Of a stretch of DNA of 64,000 nucleotides, positions 48,371 to 58,170 are shown piece after piece. The notes under the pieces were generated by a model. The model made no database searches. It worked only from the letters and a program-made list of their open reading frames with translations, and was not told where the DNA came from. The DNA is from an uncultured Micavibrio sp. Lineage in GTDB: Bacteria > Pseudomonadota > Alphaproteobacteria > Micavibrionales > Micavibrionaceae. Each line of letters begins with the position of its first letter. Positions within the stretch are counted from its first letter, which is position 1. The translations under genes and the position numbers were made by a program. The stretch covers positions 1,054,027 to 1,118,026 of the forward strand of contig CAYNRY010000001.1 in assembly GCA_964399985.1 (NCBI GenBank). The letters run 5' to 3'.

Positions 48371-48972
48371 AACCGTTTACCACCCTCACCGGCACAGCCG
48401 CGCCTTTGCCTATTCCCAATGTCGATACCGACATGATTATTCCGAAGCAATTCCTACGCACGATTAAGCGTACAGGATTGGCGGAAGGATTATTCTACGA
48501 AATGCGGTTTGATATGGAAGGCAAGCCCAATCCGGATTTCGTGTTGAACAAGGAGCCATTTAATCACGCGCAGATTTTAATCGCAGGAGAAAACTTCGGT
48601 TGCGGGTCTTCCCGTGAACATGCGCCATGGTCCCTGCTCGATTTCGGCTTGCGTTGTATCATTGCGCCGAGCTTTGGCGATATTTTCTACAATAACTGTT
48701 TCAAGAACGGCATCCTGCCACTTCAATTGAAACAGGAAGAAGTGGATGAATTGATGTCGGCGGCGTCGAACGCGCAGTCGATCTCGATCAATCTGGCCGA
48801 GCAAAAAGTCGTATGCGGCAATAGCGTGTTCGAATTTGAAATCGATCCTTTTCGTAAACATTGTCTTATCAATGGCCTCGATGATATTGGCCTGACACTT
48901 GAGAAAGAGAGCTTTATCTCTTCTTATGAAGCTAAAAATAAAACTGACAAACCATGGCTTTGGAATAATTAG
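48367..48972 (+). CDS. leuD: 3-isopropylmalate dehydratase small subunit
   Basis: 201 aa. [32 protein letters not shown] overlap with leuC. Confidence 0.93.
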   Translation: MKPFTTLTGTAAPLPIPNVDTDMIIPKQFLRTIKRTGLAEGLFYEMRFDMEGKPNPDFVLNKEPFNHAQILIAGENFGCGSSREHAPWSLLDFGLRCIIAPSFGDIFYNNCFKNGILPLQLKQEEVDELMSAASNAQSISINLAEQKVVCGNSVFEFEIDPFRKHCLINGLDDIGLTLEKESFISSYEAKNKTDKPWLWNN

Positions 48973-49041
48973 ACACGAAGGACACGAAGAAAATATAAAA
49001 ACTTTATGTCTTCGCCTGCGTGGTAATAAAAAAGGAAAAAC

Positions 49042-50124
49042 ATGCAAAAAAATATTATTTTACTTGCCGGAGACGGTATCGGCCCCGAAGTCATGGGCGA
49101 AGTTAAGAAGTTGATTACATGGATCAATGAAAATTCAGACCATAAGATTTCTTACGAAGAGCGTCTGGTTGGCGGCGCTTCCATTGATGCCGATGGCGTT
49201 CCGATGACAGATGAAACCATCGCCGCATGCAAAGCGGCGGATGCCGTTATTCTGGGCGCCGTCGGCGGTCCTAAATGGGACCAAGTCGATTACAATATCC
49301 GCCCTGAAGCCGGACTTTTGAAATTGCGCAAAGACCTTGAGTTATTTGCCAATCTACGCCCTGCCATCGTCTTCGACGCTTTGGCAGAAGCTTCTACATT
49401 GAAAACTGAAATCGTATCCGGGCTTGATATCCTGATTGTCCGCGAGCTTACAGGTGGTGTTTATTTTGGTGAGCCGCGCGGGATATTCGATCTGCCGGAC
49501 GGCCAGCGGCAGGGGATCAACACGCAGGTTTACACGACCAACGAAATCATCCGCGTTGGGCGCGTGGCTTTTGAAACGGCGCGTAAGCGTAATAACAAGG
49601 TCACGTCTTGCGAAAAAGCCAATGTCATGGAAAGCGGCAAATTATGGCGGGAGGAAATGACCAAGCTACACGCCGCCGAATATCCGGATGTCGAACTAAA
49701 CCATATGTATGCCGATAACTGCGCCATGCAGCTTTTGAAAAACCCGAAGCAGTTTGACGTGATCGTCACTGATAATCTTTTCGGCGATATCCTGTCGGAT
49801 GAGGCCGCTATGTTGACGGGCTCTTTGGGTATGCTGCCTTCGGCTTCGCTTGGCGCCAAAGGGGCTACGGCCGTGTACGAGCCTGTCCATGGCTCGGCCC
49901 CTGATATTGCCGGTCAAGGCAAGGCTAACCCTCTGGCGACCGTTTTGAGCTTTGCTATGGCGTTAAAACACTCACTGGAAATGCCTGAAATCGCTCAAAA
50001 AATTGAAGATTCGGTCAAATCGGTTCTTGCATCCGGCATCAGAACAGGCGATATCATGTCGCAGGGCAGCAAAATCGTTTCCACTGCGGAAATGGGTGCC
50101 GCCGTTATCAGCAACCTTAAGTAA
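49042..50124 (+). CDS. leuB: 3-isopropylmalate dehydrogenase
   Basis: 360 aa. [52 protein letters not shown]. Confidence 0.95.
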   Translation: MQKNIILLAGDGIGPEVMGEVKKLITWINENSDHKISYEERLVGGASIDADGVPMTDETIAACKAADAVILGAVGGPKWDQVDYNIRPEAGLLKLRKDLELFANLRPAIVFDALAEASTLKTEIVSGLDILIVRELTGGVYFGEPRGIFDLPDGQRQGINTQVYTTNEIIRVGRVAFETARKRNNKVTSCEKANVMESGKLWREEMTKLHAAEYPDVELNHMYADNCAMQLLKNPKQFDVIVTDNLFGDILSDEAAMLTGSLGMLPSASLGAKGATAVYEPVHGSAPDIAGQGKANPLATVLSFAMALKHSLEMPEIAQKIEDSVKSVLASGIRTGDIMSQGSKIVSTAEMGAAVISNLK

Positions 50125-50144
50125 AAGAAGATCCCGGACTTAAC

Positions 50145-50678
50145 ATGGATATATCAAAAATCTCAATCGGCGAAAACGCCCCTGAAGACGTGAACGTTAT
50201 CATCGAAAATCCGATGGGTGGCGAACCGATCAAGTATGAACTGGATAAAGAATCTGGCGCAATGTTCGTTGACCGCTTTCTTCATACGGCCATGTACTAT
50301 CCGGGCAATTACGGTTTTATTCCTCACACCCTCTCCGGCGATGGAGACCCTGTCGATGTTCTGGTTATCAGCCGCATGGCGGTTATGCCCGGCTCTGTCA
50401 TGCGATCTCGCCCAATCGGCGTTCTTTTGATGGAAGACGATAAAGGCCAGGATGAAAAAATCATCGCCGTGCCTCACCACAAGCTTTACCCTTATCACGA
50501 CAATATCGAGGATATCGATCAATTGCGCCCGATCCTGAAAGACAAGATCGGTCATTTCTTTACGCATTACAAAGATCTGGAACCCGGCAAGTGGTCTAAA
50601 GTTCTTGGCTGGGGCGATGCCGCCAAAGCGCAAGAAATGATCCGTGAAGGTATCGAACGGTATAAGAATATAAAATAG
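50145..50678 (+). CDS. ppa: Inorganic pyrophosphatase (family I)
   Basis: 177 aa. NYGFIPHTLSGDGDPVDVLV, DEKIIAV. Confidence 0.95.
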   Translation: MDISKISIGENAPEDVNVIIENPMGGEPIKYELDKESGAMFVDRFLHTAMYYPGNYGFIPHTLSGDGDPVDVLVISRMAVMPGSVMRSRPIGVLLMEDDKGQDEKIIAVPHHKLYPYHDNIEDIDQLRPILKDKIGHFFTHYKDLEPGKWSKVLGWGDAAKAQEMIREGIERYKNIK

Positions 50679-50702
50679 TTTTTTTCTTTTAAATTCAGAC
50701 AA

Positions 50703-50733
50703 GAAAAAACCCCGCCATTTGGCGGGGTTTTTG
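50703..50733. terminator. Bidirectional rho-independent terminator between ppa and the pilin gene
   Basis: AAAAAACCCCGCC-ATTT-GGCGGGGTTTTT, with A- and T-tracts on both sides. Confidence 0.8.
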
Positions 50734-50752
50734 TATTCGTTATACTAGCCGA

Positions 50753-51589
50753 TTATTGCTGAACGCGGATGTAAACACCACATGAAGTTGCTGTGACCGC
50801 TGTAGCATAGGTCGCAGCATCAGTGTTAGCTGAAACACAGCCAATTGGCGGAGTACCTGTAGAAACGGAACCCATAGCAATAACGGAACCAACGTTTGGC
50901 GCACCATCATCAAGTTTCGCATCGATACGGGAGGCTTGACCCGGGGTCAAGCTACCTGTACCCGCAGCAGCACCAGTAGTTGCAGTAGCAATAGTAGAAG
51001 TAGCACCTGCCGCAGCAATACCGTTATGGATCAACAAATAGTGACCGCCTCTTGGAACTGTACCCGTGCCTGGTGTGGCCGTTGGCCTTACAACACCGTT
51101 TTGATAGCCGATAAAGATTTGCCCGGGGACTTCCGCGGAAGGAACGGTTGCTCCGGATTCAACAGGCGAACCAGACGCAGGGTTACGAATTCCACCCAGA
51201 AGGTCCGTAGCGGCAAGTTGTGTCCAGGCTGCAATATTTTCGGATGTATTAGCCTGAGCAGCACCCGCACTATTCAATGGACCAATTTGGTTGTTACCTA
51301 GAGCGGCGGCAGTGACAGCTGCACACATTGTTCCAGCAAGGCAATTTGGCAAACGCGTTTGTGGCGATGTAATATCACCCGGCAATGCCGCGTAAGAATC
51401 GCGGAACGTGTTCATCGCCGCGTCGATCGCTTTGATTTTAGAAACTGTCGAAGCCAGACGCGCGTTGGCGATCAGTTCCTGGCCCTTCAAAATACCGCCG
51501 ATCAAAAGACCGATAATAATCATAACAATGGAAAGTTCGACAAGCGTAAAACCCTTTTCACCCTGTCTCGAGTTTGTAGTTGCAGTCAT
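50753..51589 (-). CDS. Type IV prepilin (278 aa), candidate major subunit of the adjacent pilus locus
   Basis: Start set at ATG 51589 (AGGAGG 7 nt upstream). Leader MTATTNSRQGEKG then FTLVELSIVMIIIGLLIGGILKGQ. Ala/Thr/Gly-rich globular part. C-terminal Cys-X18-Cys loop. Confidence 0.85.
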   Translation of the reverse strand: MTATTNSRQGEKGFTLVELSIVMIIIGLLIGGILKGQELIANARLASTVSKIKAIDAAMNTFRDSYAALPGDITSPQTRLPNCLAGTMCAAVTAAALGNNQIGPLNSAGAAQANTSENIAAWTQLAATDLLGGIRNPASGSPVESGATVPSAEVPGQIFIGYQNGVVRPTATPGTGTVPRGGHYLLIHNGIAAAGATSTIATATTGAAAGTGSLTPGQASRIDAKLDDGAPNVGSVIAMGSVSTGTPPIGCVSANTDAATYATAVTATSCGVYIRVQQ

Positions 51590-51731
51590 TCTAGTTCCTC
51601 CTAAAAATTTTCCCCGAAATGGGTAGCTCACAGTATACATGGAAATCGGGATAAATCTATCCCGGGCAATCTATATTCTCATGAAAAACTTAACAAAGTC
51701 CTAGCTTCATAAAAATTTCATAAAATGTGAT

Positions 51732-52466
51732 CTATTTCTTAGGGACCTTCTGGCAAAGCGGGCTTTTGGCCGCGTCTTCCTTGCCTAATATGACTTCGCA
51801 GGTAAGATTGATATTGGCATTATATTCGGAGACGCTCATTCTCTCCCCGTCCGTTTTAAGGATTTCGAGCATAAGCAAATATGCCGCCTGTTTGTCGCCC
51901 AAATCGGCTTTTAACATAGGCTCCATATTGCGGGTCCAGATCGGCATTGGCGGCTTATAGATTGAGCCGAGCTTGCGGGCAATCCTCAAGGCTTCGTCCA
52001 TATCCTTCATTCTGTGGCGCGCCAGATAGGCTGCCTGTGCCAGCCATCGCCAGTTTTGCGGACCCGGCTTCATCCCGGCTTTTTCCAGATAGGCAATGAC
52101 AGGCTTTAACTGTTTCTCGTCGGGCGTCGCCCCGAAATAATAGGCAGCCATGTAGGGCATAAAATGGGATTTTGAATCGAGAGCATCCATCAAAACAAAC
52201 CATCTACCCAAATTATCGTAGTTATAAGCCTTTAGATTTTGCGTCTGGCCTATGCTGCCAAAATTCTGCAGGGCCAGCCCATACACCCTGTAACCTAAAG
52301 ATATATCGTCTAAAAAAGATATCTTGGCAGATGACATCTTAGGTGCCGGCGGCACGTTGGTCCATTTCGTATATATATTACTCGAATAGAACCATAAGCC
52401 GATATTCAATACCGTGATGATGAATAACGCTAGGTATAGTTTCAGATTTCGATGCTGAAAGGCCAT
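51732..52466 (-). CDS. N-terminally anchored hypothetical protein of the pilus locus
   Basis: 244 aa. One TM helix (LKLYLALFIITVLNIGLWFY) then a helical soluble domain. Separated by 1 nt from the ABC-2 permease gene. Confidence 0.6.
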   Translation of the reverse strand: MAFQHRNLKLYLALFIITVLNIGLWFYSSNIYTKWTNVPPAPKMSSAKISFLDDISLGYRVYGLALQNFGSIGQTQNLKAYNYDNLGRWFVLMDALDSKSHFMPYMAAYYFGATPDEKQLKPVIAYLEKAGMKPGPQNWRWLAQAAYLARHRMKDMDEALRIARKLGSIYKPPMPIWTRNMEPMLKADLGDKQAAYLLMLEILKTDGERMSVSEYNANINLTCEVILGKEDAAKSPLCQKVPKK

Positions 52467-52467
52467 T

Positions 52468-53235
52468 CTAGAATTGCCGTTTTCTTAAATCCACGAGTGT
52501 TGCAACCAGTATTAAAACAACGAATAAGGCTGTTTGTACCAGAATGAAAACATAATCCTTCATTCCATCGACGCCATATAAAAGCCAGGATGTTTGAGTC
52601 ATCAGATCCAGTCTTGGAAATAAAGTCGAAACCGCCTGAAAAATATATGTCATGAGCTGATAGCCGATAAAACTTTCCGAAGGGGTTTTCGCAACGAACA
52701 ATAACTGCCCCATCAGGCGCCCGAGAATATAAAAGCCGAGCGTCGCAAGTGACGCGGCGACAGGGCTCGACAAAACCATCGAGAAAAATAAGGCGACATT
52801 TACAATTAGTAAATATTCGCAAATAACACCCGTCGACCAGTAGATAACACCTTCGGCATTGCCTATTTTATTGGCGACAAACCCGAGCCCCAGACAAAGC
52901 GCAGCGGACACAATAAATGCAAGAATGGAAAATCCGGCAGCATGAGACAGGACAAAACTATTGCGACTGACGGGCCGCGTTAATAAATATTCGACATCGC
53001 GAGAGTCAAAAGATCTTCGAATGAAGAACACGACGAATAGAACCAATCCTGTCAAACCGAGAAGACGCAGGCTGCCCGCCAGATAAACGACAGAGAACAA
53101 TTCTTTTTCAACAACCGCCGAGGACGACAGGAAAAGAGAAATAAAGCCCCCCAGAACCATGATACCTACCAAGGACAGGAATAGCTTATCTCTGCGCGCT
53201 GCGGTCAGGACATATTTAACAAGTGTCGAATTCAT
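52468..53235 (-). CDS. ABC-2 type transporter permease-like protein (6 TM)
   Basis: 255 aa, six predicted TM helices, with the first TM followed by a long loop as in ABC-2 permeases. No NBD is fused; the candidate partner ATPase is at 59711-60457. Confidence 0.65.
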   Translation of the reverse strand: MNSTLVKYVLTAARRDKLFLSLVGIMVLGGFISLFLSSSAVVEKELFSVVYLAGSLRLLGLTGLVLFVVFFIRRSFDSRDVEYLLTRPVSRNSFVLSHAAGFSILAFIVSAALCLGLGFVANKIGNAEGVIYWSTGVICEYLLIVNVALFFSMVLSSPVAASLATLGFYILGRLMGQLLFVAKTPSESFIGYQLMTYIFQAVSTLFPRLDLMTQTSWLLYGVDGMKDYVFILVQTALFVVLILVATLVDLRKRQF

Positions 53236-53240
53236 TTCTA

Positions 53241-55241
53241 TTAAAGCTTAAATGGTCTGCGATCTTGGGAATAAACCCTGTACAGTTCTTTATCCGTATT
53301 ATGAATTGAATCCTGACCGCTTTGAAGGATTGTTGCCTTGATCAAGATGATAACTTCGTTTTTTGTAACCTGATCATCTTGTCCACGGAAGGCCGCACCC
53401 AAAACAGGAACTTCTCCCAAAATAGGAACAGCACGTTGTCCTGATTCCGTTCTGTCTTCCAAAAGACCGCCCATAACAAGCGTTTCACCAGAACGCATGT
53501 TCAGCATGGTATCAACTTCTTTGGTGCTTACGATAGGGATGGATGAGGCAATACCTGAATCTCCCATTCCAACAGAGGCAAGAATTACCTGAACTGCCGG
53601 ATCGTCAACAAATCCTGTAATCCGCGAAATAGTCGGACGAACCTGCATCGACACCATGTTTCTTTCCAGATCGATCGACGGCATGACATTGATCAACACA
53701 CCTTCAGGGACGTTTTTGATTTCAGAGTCAATTGTGAGGTCGGTATTCCCTGTTTCTTCGTCTTCTTCTCTGGTTGCGTCAAGCTCGAAATAAACCTGAT
53801 TTTCAGCCACGTTTAGAATTGCCGATTGGTTATTCAATACTGTCAGGCGCGGGCTGGCAAGCGCATGCACGGTGCCGAAACGCTGGATAGCCGAAACGAG
53901 GTTTTCAAGGCCGTTACTGCCATTTTGAATGACAAACGTGGCCGGCTCGCCAGGCGTGAGAGCGCCTCTTGCAATATTTAAAGAAGCACCAAACGTATCG
54001 CTATCGTTTAAGATGGACCAGTCAATACCATAGGTAAATTCATCACTTAGCTCGACTTCAAGAACTTTGGCTTCGATGAGAACCTGAGATGTTACCGACT
54101 TGCGCATCAGATCCAGATAAGTCGATATCTGGTCGTGCGCACGTTGCGTAGCATAAATAGAAATAAGACCCGCCTGCTTGTTAAGCGAATAGCTTGGTTG
54201 ATAAGTCGTGCCGCCTTCTTCCGAAGAGCTGACAGACGGCAAGGAATTGACATTCAATTGAACTTGTTGCGGGACAGCCGTGGTCGGAGCCGCAGTCTGG
54301 TTAGCCGATTGATCGTCCGGCGGGGACGTCGTCGGTGGAACCGAAGACCCTGTCGGATTATTCGCCGCAGATGTAGGGTCAGACGTATTCAAAGGAACCG
54401 CAGGGACGCTCTGACCCGCGCTGTAGTTAGAAACCAGCGAGCTTCTTTCTTCTCCAGCCTGTGGCGCCTCTTCATTCAAACTACCTTCATCCAAAGGAGG
54501 CACTGGAGGCGGAGCCGAAGACATCATGTTCAATTCAGGATCGGAAGACGTTATCTGATAATTCAACTGAGAATTTGAAGTCAAAATTTGTTGAATATTC
54601 GTGTTTAACTCACCCCAGAAATCTGATTTAGCTTCTCCGCTAATTGAATAGGATGAGCCGGTTGTCGCGCCGCCCCCCTCGCCCCCAGCAACCTCGGTAG
54701 ACGTCGTGACCGAGCTTGAGCTTTCTCTGGTCATCGCCAGATATTCAACTTTATAGTTTTTTGTATATGGCGTATCGAGCTCGATCTTTACCGTATCGTC
54801 CTCAAACTTGTAACGGAGCCCTGAAATTTCGCTTATCTGGCTCAAAACCATATCGAAGGGTTTATTTCTAGCCGTATAAATAATCGAACCTTTGATGCGC
54901 GGGTCCAATTGAATATCGTAATCCGCTTGCTTGGAGAGTTCAAAGAGAGCATCCCGAAGAGGAATGCTTTGATTGATGGCGATAGAAACCAGAGGCATCG
55001 GCTTCAAATTTGCAGAAGTATCGGCAACGTAAGGCTTTAAATCAGGAACGCCGTTGGCAGATGAATCTTCAAGAGGCACTTCCCTTGGCGCCAGCATATC
55101 TCGATAATCCTGAACTTCCTGATTGGTTGTTCGATCCGCTTTCAGCGTATTTTCTGTGAGCTGGCAAGCCGCCATACTTAGAATAACCGAGGCGCAGGCT
55201 GATGTGATCAGAACGGTACGGAAGGAAAATGCACTCTTCAT
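53241..55241 (-). CDS. pilQ: Secretin (PilQ/MshL/GspD family), probable lipoprotein, with a Ser/Thr/Pro-rich insert
   Basis: 666 aa. Signal plus lipobox-like LSMAAC. N0-like domain. Low-complexity region of about 150 aa. Secretin core ...IEAKVLEVELSDEFTYGIDWS... VPILGEVPVLGAAFRG...VIILIKATIL. Confidence 0.88.
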   Translation of the reverse strand: MKSAFSFRTVLITSACASVILSMAACQLTENTLKADRTTNQEVQDYRDMLAPREVPLEDSSANGVPDLKPYVADTSANLKPMPLVSIAINQSIPLRDALFELSKQADYDIQLDPRIKGSIIYTARNKPFDMVLSQISEISGLRYKFEDDTVKIELDTPYTKNYKVEYLAMTRESSSSVTTSTEVAGGEGGGATTGSSYSISGEAKSDFWGELNTNIQQILTSNSQLNYQITSSDPELNMMSSAPPPVPPLDEGSLNEEAPQAGEERSSLVSNYSAGQSVPAVPLNTSDPTSAANNPTGSSVPPTTSPPDDQSANQTAAPTTAVPQQVQLNVNSLPSVSSSEEGGTTYQPSYSLNKQAGLISIYATQRAHDQISTYLDLMRKSVTSQVLIEAKVLEVELSDEFTYGIDWSILNDSDTFGASLNIARGALTPGEPATFVIQNGSNGLENLVSAIQRFGTVHALASPRLTVLNNQSAILNVAENQVYFELDATREEDEETGNTDLTIDSEIKNVPEGVLINVMPSIDLERNMVSMQVRPTISRITGFVDDPAVQVILASVGMGDSGIASSIPIVSTKEVDTMLNMRSGETLVMGGLLEDRTESGQRAVPILGEVPVLGAAFRGQDDQVTKNEVIILIKATILQSGQDSIHNTDKELYRVYSQDRRPFKL

Positions 55242-55354
55242 ATAAAAACCTGTATTTAAAAGGTACGAGACGAATCGGAAACCGCAAGAATCACGGCGAA
55301 GTTGTCAAAAGATAGCCTATTTTCTGTATCTTTGCCAGAGCATAGTCTTTTACA

Positions 55355-56482
55355 TTAGTCGGAGATTTTCATGCCCGCGATATCAAGCCTTGTTAACACA
55401 TCGACTTTAGCGCCCATTTTAACTTGCTTGATTTTGATCATGAGATCACCCGGCAAATCTGATTGGGACAAGGCAGTCTCTTCTGAAATCAATCCTTGTT
55501 CAAAAAGGACTAAAAGAGACTGATCGAAACTGCACATGCCGGCTGACTGATTAGCTTCGATTATATCCTTGATTTTACTGAATTTCCCGTCATGGATAAG
55601 TTCCCGCACATGGCCCTCATTCAAGAGTATTTCCAAGGCTATCGTCTGACCGGGAATGATCGTCGGGATTAGTCTCTGGGATATAATCGCCTTTAGGTTT
55701 GACGCGATGCTAAAACAAATCTGGTGGCGCTGCTCTTCGGGGAACAGATTAACAACTCGCTGAATTGCCTGATAAGAGTTGTTTGTATGAATGGTCGCAA
55801 GGCATAAATGTCCCGTTTCAGAAGCCGTTAAAGCCTGCTCCATAACCTCGCGATCGCGTATCTCACCCACCAGAATAACATCTGGCCTTTGCCTTAAAGC
55901 GTTCTTGAGAGCGATGGAATAATTTTCCGTATCAACACCGACTTCACGCTGGGAAATAATGCTTTTCTGATGTTCGTGGTGATATTCAATGGGGTCTTCA
56001 ATGGTGATGATATGGCCTTGGCTATTCCTATTCCGATAGTCGATCATGGAAGCAAGCGTTGTCGACTTGCCTGACCCGGTCATGCCGGTAACAAGTATCA
56101 AACCTCTTTTTTGCATGGCCAGTTGCTCGAAAAGGGGAGGAAGATTTAGCTCTACAAAGTCGGGTATCTTCGAGACAATTCGCCTGATAACCAAAGCAGG
56201 ATTTTGGCGCTGTTTCATAACATTGACACGGAAGCGTCCATAGGCGCCCATATCAAGCGCGGAATTAAGCTCCATATTGGTTTCAAACTCCCGTTTTTGG
56301 CGAAGAGTTAGAATGTTATTTAATATTTCATCGAGATCGGCAGATTGAAGAGCCTGGTCGCCCAACTTCTCCATCCTGTCTTCAATTCTCAATGCCGGAG
56401 GATGGCCGACCGTCAGATAAAGATCCGTCGCCCTTTTTTCGTTCATCATCGTCAAATAGCCAAAGACTAGCGGTGAACTCAA
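55355..56482 (-). CDS. pilU: PilT-family retraction ATPase, PilU-like
   Basis: 375 aa. Walker A GMTGSGKSTTLASMI, IITIEDPIEY, ILVGEIRDREVM, ETGHLCLATIHTNN. ATGA-type overlap with pilT. Confidence 0.85.
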   Translation of the reverse strand: MSSPLVFGYLTMMNEKRATDLYLTVGHPPALRIEDRMEKLGDQALQSADLDEILNNILTLRQKREFETNMELNSALDMGAYGRFRVNVMKQRQNPALVIRRIVSKIPDFVELNLPPLFEQLAMQKRGLILVTGMTGSGKSTTLASMIDYRNRNSQGHIITIEDPIEYHHEHQKSIISQREVGVDTENYSIALKNALRQRPDVILVGEIRDREVMEQALTASETGHLCLATIHTNNSYQAIQRVVNLFPEEQRHQICFSIASNLKAIISQRLIPTIIPGQTIALEILLNEGHVRELIHDGKFSKIKDIIEANQSAGMCSFDQSLLVLFEQGLISEETALSQSDLPGDLMIKIKQVKMGAKVDVLTRLDIAGMKISD

Positions 56483-57627
56483 AACGAATACCCCTCTTCT
56501 TCAGCCGCGGCAACAGGAGCCGCCGGTTGACCTGGTTTGACTTGTCCGCCGCCTAAAGTCGCACTGGCTCTATTCGTCGCCGTGCTCTCATCTTCATCTG
56601 TTGTTTTCAAGAGCGCAAGACGCGCAGATTCTGGATCGACCAGCCCTTGCTCTAACAAGTTCTTAACAGCATCTTCCATTGTGATCATGCCGTAGCGAGA
56701 TCCTGTTTGCAGCATAGAATAAAGCTGCGGGATTTGGTTTTCACGGATCAGGTTTCTTACTGCGCCTGTCCCGACTAGAATTTCAAAAGCGCCTACTCTG
56801 CCCGTGCCGCCCGGCTTCTTCAAAAGTATCTGGGCGATAACTCCCTGTAGAGAACTGGAAAGCATCGCACGGATCATTTCTTTTTCCGCAGCCGGAAATA
56901 CATCGATGATACGATCGATTGTTTTAGCAGCAGTATTGGCGTGCAACGTGCCAAGAACCAAGTGTCCCGTTTCCGCAGCCGTCAAGGCAAGCGCAATAGT
57001 TTCATGGTCGCGCATCTCTCCAACCAGAATAACGTCAGGATCTTCCCGCAAGGCGCTTTTCAGAGCTCTTGCAAAAGATTTAGTATCAGCACCAAGCTCA
57101 CGGTGATTGATGAGGGATTTTTTCGATGTGTGGAAAAATTCAACCGGATCCTCGATGGTCAGAATATGCTTGGCCGTATGTTCATTGATATGATTGATGA
57201 TAGCCGCAAGCGTTGTTGATTTACCTGAACCCGTGGCTCCGGTCACAAGAATAAGCCCCTTTTCCAATTCGGCAAAACGGCGAATAACTGCCGGTAATTC
57301 CAGCTCTTGCATTGTCGGAATAACAGAAGGAATGGTCCGCAAAACTGCGGCAGTACCATTACGGTTCATAAATGCATTGACGCGGAAACGTGCCTTCTCA
57401 CCGAAAGCTACGGCAAAATCCATTTCAAAATTCTTTTCATACTCACCGCGCTGCTCATCCGTCATAATGGAATAAAGCATGGCGCGAATATTATCAGATG
57501 TCAGAACATCCGCTTTCAAACGCTTCAGAGTTCCGTGCACGCGTATTATAGGGGGATTACCCGAACTAAGATGCAAATCGGACGCGTTGTTTTGCATAAC
57601 GAACGCAAGTAATTGGGTTATATCCAT
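56479..57627 (-). CDS. pilT: Twitching motility ATPase PilT with a C-terminal extension
   Basis: 382 aa. MDITQLLAFVMQNNASDLHLSSGNPP, GATGSGKSTTLAAII, ILTIEDPVEF, ILVGEMRD, ETGHLVLGTLHANT. A tail of about 40 extra residues ends EEEGYSF. Confidence 0.92.
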   Translation of the reverse strand: MDITQLLAFVMQNNASDLHLSSGNPPIIRVHGTLKRLKADVLTSDNIRAMLYSIMTDEQRGEYEKNFEMDFAVAFGEKARFRVNAFMNRNGTAAVLRTIPSVIPTMQELELPAVIRRFAELEKGLILVTGATGSGKSTTLAAIINHINEHTAKHILTIEDPVEFFHTSKKSLINHRELGADTKSFARALKSALREDPDVILVGEMRDHETIALALTAAETGHLVLGTLHANTAAKTIDRIIDVFPAAEKEMIRAMLSSSLQGVIAQILLKKPGGTGRVGAFEILVGTGAVRNLIRENQIPQLYSMLQTGSRYGMITMEDAVKNLLEQGLVDPESARLALLKTTDEDESTATNRASATLGGGQVKPGQPAAPVAAAEEEGYSF

Positions 57628-57691
57628 GGCCTTCTCCCTGTTAGCCTAACTTTAAACTTATAAAAACAAAGATATAGTAAACAAATCTAAT

Positions 57692-58168
57692 TTAATTAAA
57701 ACCAAGCTGTAATCCGAATGCCAACAGCCCTATCACGCCGACTATTATTACAAGTCTGAACGAAAACCGTCTCTGGAATACCCCTAGGTAAATAATTGAT
57801 ACCAAAAAGGGCAGACAAAAGAGAAATGTCACGGATACTATGCTGATACCAGACCACAGAAAAACCATGATAGCGCAAAAAGCACATATTAATTCAATTA
57901 AAGGATAGAAAGCCGGTATGGCCCCTGTACAATGCCTGCATCTGCCCTTTGTCGAAAGCCACGAAATAACCGGAACGAGATCACGAAGACCTAATGTCGT
58001 TCCACAAGACGGGCACGCAGATCTTGAGGATGGCCCGCCTAATTTAAACCATGGAAGATTGCTTTTTTCGCGATAAATAATTGCAGATGCAAAACTGCCT
58101 GCGCAGAGTCCGGACAAGCCATAAACAATAATGAATATGATTTGAAAAATAAGGGTGTCGTCATTCAC
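57692..58168 (-). CDS. Prepilin peptidase homologue retaining only the N-terminal Cys-rich (DiS_P_DiS-like) domain; no A24 aspartyl protease domain
   Basis: 158 aa. GSFASAII...CPSCGTTLGLRDLVPVISWLSTKGRCRHCTGAIPAFYPLIEL is the PilD N-domain signature. The remaining 85 residues are 3 TM helices with no Asp at all. Confidence 0.7.
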   Translation of the reverse strand: MNDDTLIFQIIFIIVYGLSGLCAGSFASAIIYREKSNLPWFKLGGPSSRSACPSCGTTLGLRDLVPVISWLSTKGRCRHCTGAIPAFYPLIELICAFCAIMVFLWSGISIVSVTFLFCLPFLVSIIYLGVFQRRFSFRLVIIVGVIGLLAFGLQLGFN

Positions 58169-58170
58169 GA

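Noticed and set aside
50163-50702. Long antisense ORFs nearly co-extensive with real genes (50163..50702 opposite ppa, 19963..20649 opposite clpX, 42835..43344 opposite ffh, 46955..47449 opposite leuC, 4990..5613 opposite tlyC/aroB, 24033..24524 opposite phr, 33127..33627 opposite pgk, 60492..60977, 7436..7999)
   Set aside because: The sense strands encode unmistakable conserved proteins. The antisense translations are low-complexity (Arg/Ser/Phe-rich) with no motifs or RBS. This is the usual stop-codon-poor shadow frame effect.
54660-54690. G5/G6 homopolymer runs in the secretin gene as phase-variation switches
   Set aside because: The tracts are short (6 nt or less) and encode an in-frame Gly-rich segment. 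Contingency loci normally have runs of 8 nt or more.
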